From Hormoscilla sp. (lineage in GTDB: Bacteria > Cyanobacteriota > Cyanobacteriia > Cyanobacteriales > Desertifilaceae), in the NCBI GenBank assembly GCA_051439505.1, contig JBFRWI010000220.1, forward strand, positions 1-38,284: a stretch of DNA of 38,284 bases. Reading direction: 5' to 3'. This document shows positions 34,525 through 38,284 of this stretch, piece by piece. The position numbers and the translations under genes are program-made. How positions within the stretch are numbered: position 1 is the stretch's first letter; every line of letters starts with the position of its first letter. Below the pieces are notes generated by a model. The model was not told the origin of the DNA and did not search any database. It saw only the letters and a list, made by a program, of their open reading frames with translations.

Positions 34525-37500
34525 ATGAGAAAAACTCGACAGAGAAGCTTGAAAGCTTTTCTCATGACAGTTCTGTTGATGATAGCGTCAGTCGGTGCGC
34601 TAGCGATCGGGCCCGATATAGCCCTAGCAGGAGCACAGGTTCTTCTGGCCACCAGTGAGCCTTATACTCAGGAAGTTGTGAAGCTCACGCTCCCTGATGA
34701 GACCGTTAATTGGCAAGCTGACAGTACTGTTGATGGCTCCGGCGCCGGTGATTTGGACGGGATCCAAGTCAACTACACAACCGTTAAAGTTTGGAACGCG
34801 GGGACATTTTTGGACGTTGACTGGGGAAAGATCCCTGCAACAAACGATGCCGTCGAATCCGGTGTTACCTATAAAAACGCAGGCATTCTAGGTGCAGACG
34901 CTCGCATCAACCCCACCCAAGAGCAAACCATTACCTTTGACAGCAACATTGAAAATCCTTTGCTGTTGGTAAACTGGACGACGGAGCAAATGTCCTTTGA
35001 CTTTGGTGATTTAGATGTGGAGTTACTAGACAGTAACCCCACCACTCTGGCAAACAACGTCATCACTTGCCCGGGTTCGGCGAACACTGCCAATGATGGT
35101 TTTGCCGTCAGGATAAAAGGTGTGTTTGGACCGGAAAATCCCTTGACGTTCGACATGACCTCTACGTCTAGCTTCCAGTCCGTAGGCTTTACATTGAGTG
35201 CCAAGAAAGCTGTAATGGCCCAAACAGGAGAAATTCAGGGCATCAAGTGGAATGACCTGAATGGTGATGGCATTCGTCAGGAGTCAGAACCAGCTTTATC
35301 CGAGGTAAAAATATACCTGGATTTGAATGAGAACCGCGTATTTGACCCAGGTGAACCAAGTCAGATTACAGACGCCAAGGGTCAGTATCGGTTTACGGGC
35401 TTGCAACCGGATACTTATATAGTGCGGGAAGTAGTGCCCACGGGCTTTAGCCAGACCTACCCAAAACCTCCCAAAGATGAAAATGGGGCAACGACCGAAG
35501 GATCGTTACAAATGATTAAGCCCAACCCTGCTGTAGCTGCTACCTTTATTGGTAATGCGGGCATATCTACAGATGGTTTGGGAACTACTGGTAGCGGGAC
35601 AATTCAAGCAGAAGTTCCGGCTGGATCGACCGTTGAATACGCATTCCTGCATATTGCCACTCGACAAATTCAACCAGGACAAATAGGCTTCGACGGTCAG
35701 GGAGTTTCCATCAGCTGGTTAAACAATGCCGAACCGGGACCCTTTCAATTTAAGACTGGACGGGCCGATGTCACGGGAATTGTGGCGAACAAAGTTGGCA
35801 GTAGCGGGGGAACTTTCAACTTTACCGTAGACGAAACGGTAACTGGCAATCCAGGTAATGTAGAAGGAACCAGCTTAACGGTAATTTACTCTAACCCCGA
35901 ATTACCAGAACGCACCATTCTGGTTTTGGAAGGCGGTCTGACAGGGCCGACTCCGAAAACCAACATTCTCTATCTGAACGAACCTCTAGATCCGACCATC
36001 CCGGGTTTTACTGCTCAAATGGCTTTGGGCATTCAGTTTGGTGTCTTGAATGGTACGCAATACAGCATGATCGATGTTAACGGTAAGCGCTTAACCAGTT
36101 CAGCCGGAGACTATGATGATGGCAGTGGTTCTAACGGTCAACTGGTAACGGTAGGAGGTGTAGGAGATACCCTCTCTAACCCAGTTAACTCGGTCAGCAC
36201 TACAGATAAAAGCGATGACGAGTTGTACGATCTGACTCCTTTCCTAACCAAAGGGGACGCATCTATTCGACTCGATACTGCTAACCCTTCTAATGATGAC
36301 TCGATTTTCCTGGTGGCGGTGATGTTTCCAGGTGCTGCTAGCGCTGAAGAACGGGGTTTCTATGAGGTTGACATCTCAGAAGGGACGATCGCTTCTGACA
36401 TTAACTTTGCTAATCTGCTTACCGGTAACGTGCCTCCGATCGCAGTAAATTCAATTCCCGACCAAACTGCAAAAACAACGGAAGCTTTCAGTTTCACGGT
36501 TGCGTCCGATAGCTTCAGCGATGCTAATGGTGACAACCTCACTCTCAGTGCAACTCAAGAAAATGGCGATCGCCTGCCAGCTTGGCTCAACTTTAATCCT
36601 CATACCGGAACCTTTAGCGGTACTCCTCCTGAAAGTGCTGTGGGTACTATCTCTATCAAGGTGACAGCTAACGACGGTCATGGCGGCACCCAAAGCGATA
36701 GCTTCAACCTCACGGTCCTACCGGGTAATAAAGCACCAGTGGTCGTCAACCCGATCGCAGACCAAGCTACAACCACAGGAGATGACTTTAGCTTTACAGT
36801 CGGGGGTGATACTTTTAGCGACCCAGATGGAGACAGTCTCACAAGAAGTGCAACTCTCGAAAATGGAGAACCCTTACCAGACTGGTTGACTTTTGACCCA
36901 GCGACTGGTACATTTAGCGGTACTCCAGCAGCAGGAGACAACGGCACGATCGCCATTCAAGTTACAGCCGATGATGGTAAAGGCGGTGTTGTCAGCGATA
37001 CCTTCAATCTGGTCGTTAATGGGGCTCCGGTGGTAGTCAACCCGATCGCAGACCAAACCGCCACCGCAGGAAAAGACATCAGTTTTCCAGTTCCCGGGGA
37101 TACCTTTAGCGACCCAGATGGAGACAGTCTTACAAGAAGTGCAACCCTCAAAAACGGGGATCCTCTACCGGACTGGTTGACCTTCAACCCAGCTACGGGC
37201 GAGTTTGCCGCTACTCCTGGTAATGGCGATATCAGCAGCATCTGCATTACCGTTACCGCTAATGATGGTCGTGGCGGCGTGACAAGCGATACCTTTAACG
37301 CGATCGTCCAATCTGTTTTAGCCGAAAAAGAGACCTTTATCAACCCAGACAACGGGCATATCTATTTCCTGACTGAGGCTTTAAGTTGGACTGAAGCCCG
37401 GGCAGAAGCAGAAGCAGTTGATGGTAATTTAGTTACTATCAATGACCTAGAGGAAAACGATTGGCTGTGGGGAACTTTCGGCACCGCAGAACCTTTCTGG

Positions 37501-37803
37501 ATCGGTTTGAATGACGCTGCCGAAGAAGGCACCTTCGAGTGGGTTAGCGGCCAAGATCCCGACATTTATTTTGATGACTACTGGTCTAGCACTCAGCCCG
37601 ATAGCGGCTACTATGGTGGCGAAGAGAAAGATTACGTAGTCATGAACTGGCGTGATGACAACGATCCCAGCGGCGGTTGGGGCGATGTCGAAAATGCTGG
37701 TCCAGGTTACGGCGAAGCAGTTCCAGGTATTGTCGAAGTGGAACCCGAAACTCTCGACTATGATCTGACTGTGTTGAAACCAGAACCGAAAGATTGTCAA
37801 TAG
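34525..37803 (+). CDS. Large secreted adhesin-like protein: signal peptide, SdrD-B-like domain, beta-rich domain, three cadherin-like/He_PIG repeats, C-type lectin domain
   Basis: Basic N-terminus plus hydrophobic core; GIKWNDLNGDG...TDAKGQYRFTGLQPDTYIVREV; three repeats of N.AP.VVNPIADQ...FSDPDGD.L...LPDWLTFDP.TGTFSGTP; NGHIYFLT...WTEAR...FWIGLND..EEGTFEWVSG. ATG 34525 has RBS GAAGGA. Confidence 0.85.
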   Translation: MRKTRQRSLKAFLMTVLLMIASVGALAIGPDIALAGAQVLLATSEPYTQEVVKLTLPDETVNWQADSTVDGSGAGDLDGIQVNYTTVKVWNAGTFLDVDWGKIPATNDAVESGVTYKNAGILGADARINPTQEQTITFDSNIENPLLLVNWTTEQMSFDFGDLDVELLDSNPTTLANNVITCPGSANTANDGFAVRIKGVFGPENPLTFDMTSTSSFQSVGFTLSAKKAVMAQTGEIQGIKWNDLNGDGIRQESEPALSEVKIYLDLNENRVFDPGEPSQITDAKGQYRFTGLQPDTYIVREVVPTGFSQTYPKPPKDENGATTEGSLQMIKPNPAVAATFIGNAGISTDGLGTTGSGTIQAEVPAGSTVEYAFLHIATRQIQPGQIGFDGQGVSISWLNNAEPGPFQFKTGRADVTGIVANKVGSSGGTFNFTVDETVTGNPGNVEGTSLTVIYSNPELPERTILVLEGGLTGPTPKTNILYLNEPLDPTIPGFTAQMALGIQFGVLNGTQYSMIDVNGKRLTSSAGDYDDGSGSNGQLVTVGGVGDTLSNPVNSVSTTDKSDDELYDLTPFLTKGDASIRLDTANPSNDDSIFLVAVMFPGAASAEERGFYEVDISEGTIASDINFANLLTGNVPPIAVNSIPDQTAKTTEAFSFTVASDSFSDANGDNLTLSATQENGDRLPAWLNFNPHTGTFSGTPPESAVGTISIKVTANDGHGGTQSDSFNLTVLPGNKAPVVVNPIADQATTTGDDFSFTVGGDTFSDPDGDSLTRSATLENGEPLPDWLTFDPATGTFSGTPAAGDNGTIAIQVTADDGKGGVVSDTFNLVVNGAPVVVNPIADQTATAGKDISFPVPGDTFSDPDGDSLTRSATLKNGDPLPDWLTFNPATGEFAATPGNGDISSICITVTANDGRGGVTSDTFNAIVQSVLAEKETFINPDNGHIYFLTEALSWTEARAEAEAVDGNLVTINDLEENDWLWGTFGTAEPFWIGLNDAAEEGTFEWVSGQDPDIYFDDYWSSTQPDSGYYGGEEKDYVVMNWRDDNDPSGGWGDVENAGPGYGEAVPGIVEVEPETLDYDLTVLKPEPKDCQ

Positions 37804-37817
37804 ACTCTCCCGAACGG

Positions 37818-37975
37818 GTGGGCATCCCTCACCTGAGAAGACAACTGTAGGGTGGGCACCGCCCACCGGGGATAACCCTAGTGGGCATCCCTCACCTGAG
37901 AAGACAGCTGTAGGGTGGGCACCGCCCACCGGGGATAACCCTAGTGGGCACCGCCCCCACAGGGGATAACCCTAG
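37818..37975. repeat. 63-bp tandem repeat (2.5 copies) containing REP GTAGGGTGGGCACCGCCCACC
   Basis: Units start at 37818, 37881 and 37944. The same REP occurs at 7577, 12484 (inverted), 28611 and, as a variant, 33009. Confidence 0.9.
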
Positions 37976-38152
37976 CTATAGATAAGGTGATGCCCACTTT
38001 ACTTGCTTAATAGCGATTTAGAAACCAGGTTTTTACTCCATACCTGGTTTTTTAATTCAAGCATATTAATCTCCCGAAACTGCGATTAAATGCCCCAACA
38101 TAAATTTTTGGTGTTGCACATTTTTGGGATGATAGCAGCCAATTTTTAAAAT

Positions 38153-38253
38153 TTGCTAATGGCTAATTGCTAATTGAAAAGAGTAAATAGATATTTATGA
38201 CTACAAATGACTATCTCAATTAGCCATTGACAATTAGCAATTAGCAATTAGCA
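38153..38253. repeat. Inverted heptamer STRR tracts (GCTAATT / AATTAGC)
   Basis: TTGCTAATGGCTAATTGCTAATTG at the left and CAATTAGCCATTGACAATTAGCAATTAGCAATTAGCA at the right. Confidence 0.75.
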
Positions 38254-38284
38254 GCCCTCATCATCCCGTCGTTGTGCAACGCCG

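Overview
This is an accessory, defence-island-like region of a cyanobacterial genome. The taxon call rests on frequent HIP1 octamers GCGATCGC (e.g. 1501, 2921, 5201), heptamer STRR tracts, REP-like palindromes and hoxW. The main signal is five co-oriented + strand genes that look like one dispersed system: the tail of a ZorA/MotA-like gene (<1-138), a ZorB/MotB-like OmpA-domain gene (323-1150), a vWA-TM-FHA-like gene (5476-6582), a 1078-aa tubulin-like GTPase with a C-terminal SHOCT domain (14586-17822) and a second, complete ZorA/MotA-like gene (21627-23273). Cargo lies between them: methyltransferases, a 2OG oxygenase, a TA module, a hexose-oxidase-like flavoenzyme, a lipoprotein and others. 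Several cargo blocks are bounded by direct repeats, including ~94%-identical copies of the 3' ends of the vWA and tubulin genes, yet no integrase is visible. A second candidate conflict system is a translationally coupled pair: a Swt1-like HEPN-ATPase and a membrane-anchored ATPase (28731-32959). The window also holds several decayed toxin-antitoxin genes, a clean MITE with 15-bp TIRs and a 10-bp TSD, an Na+/solute symporter, an ABC1 kinase, hoxW and a large secreted adhesin-like protein. No rRNA, tRNA or CRISPR array was recognised. All family calls come from motifs read by eye; no searches were run.
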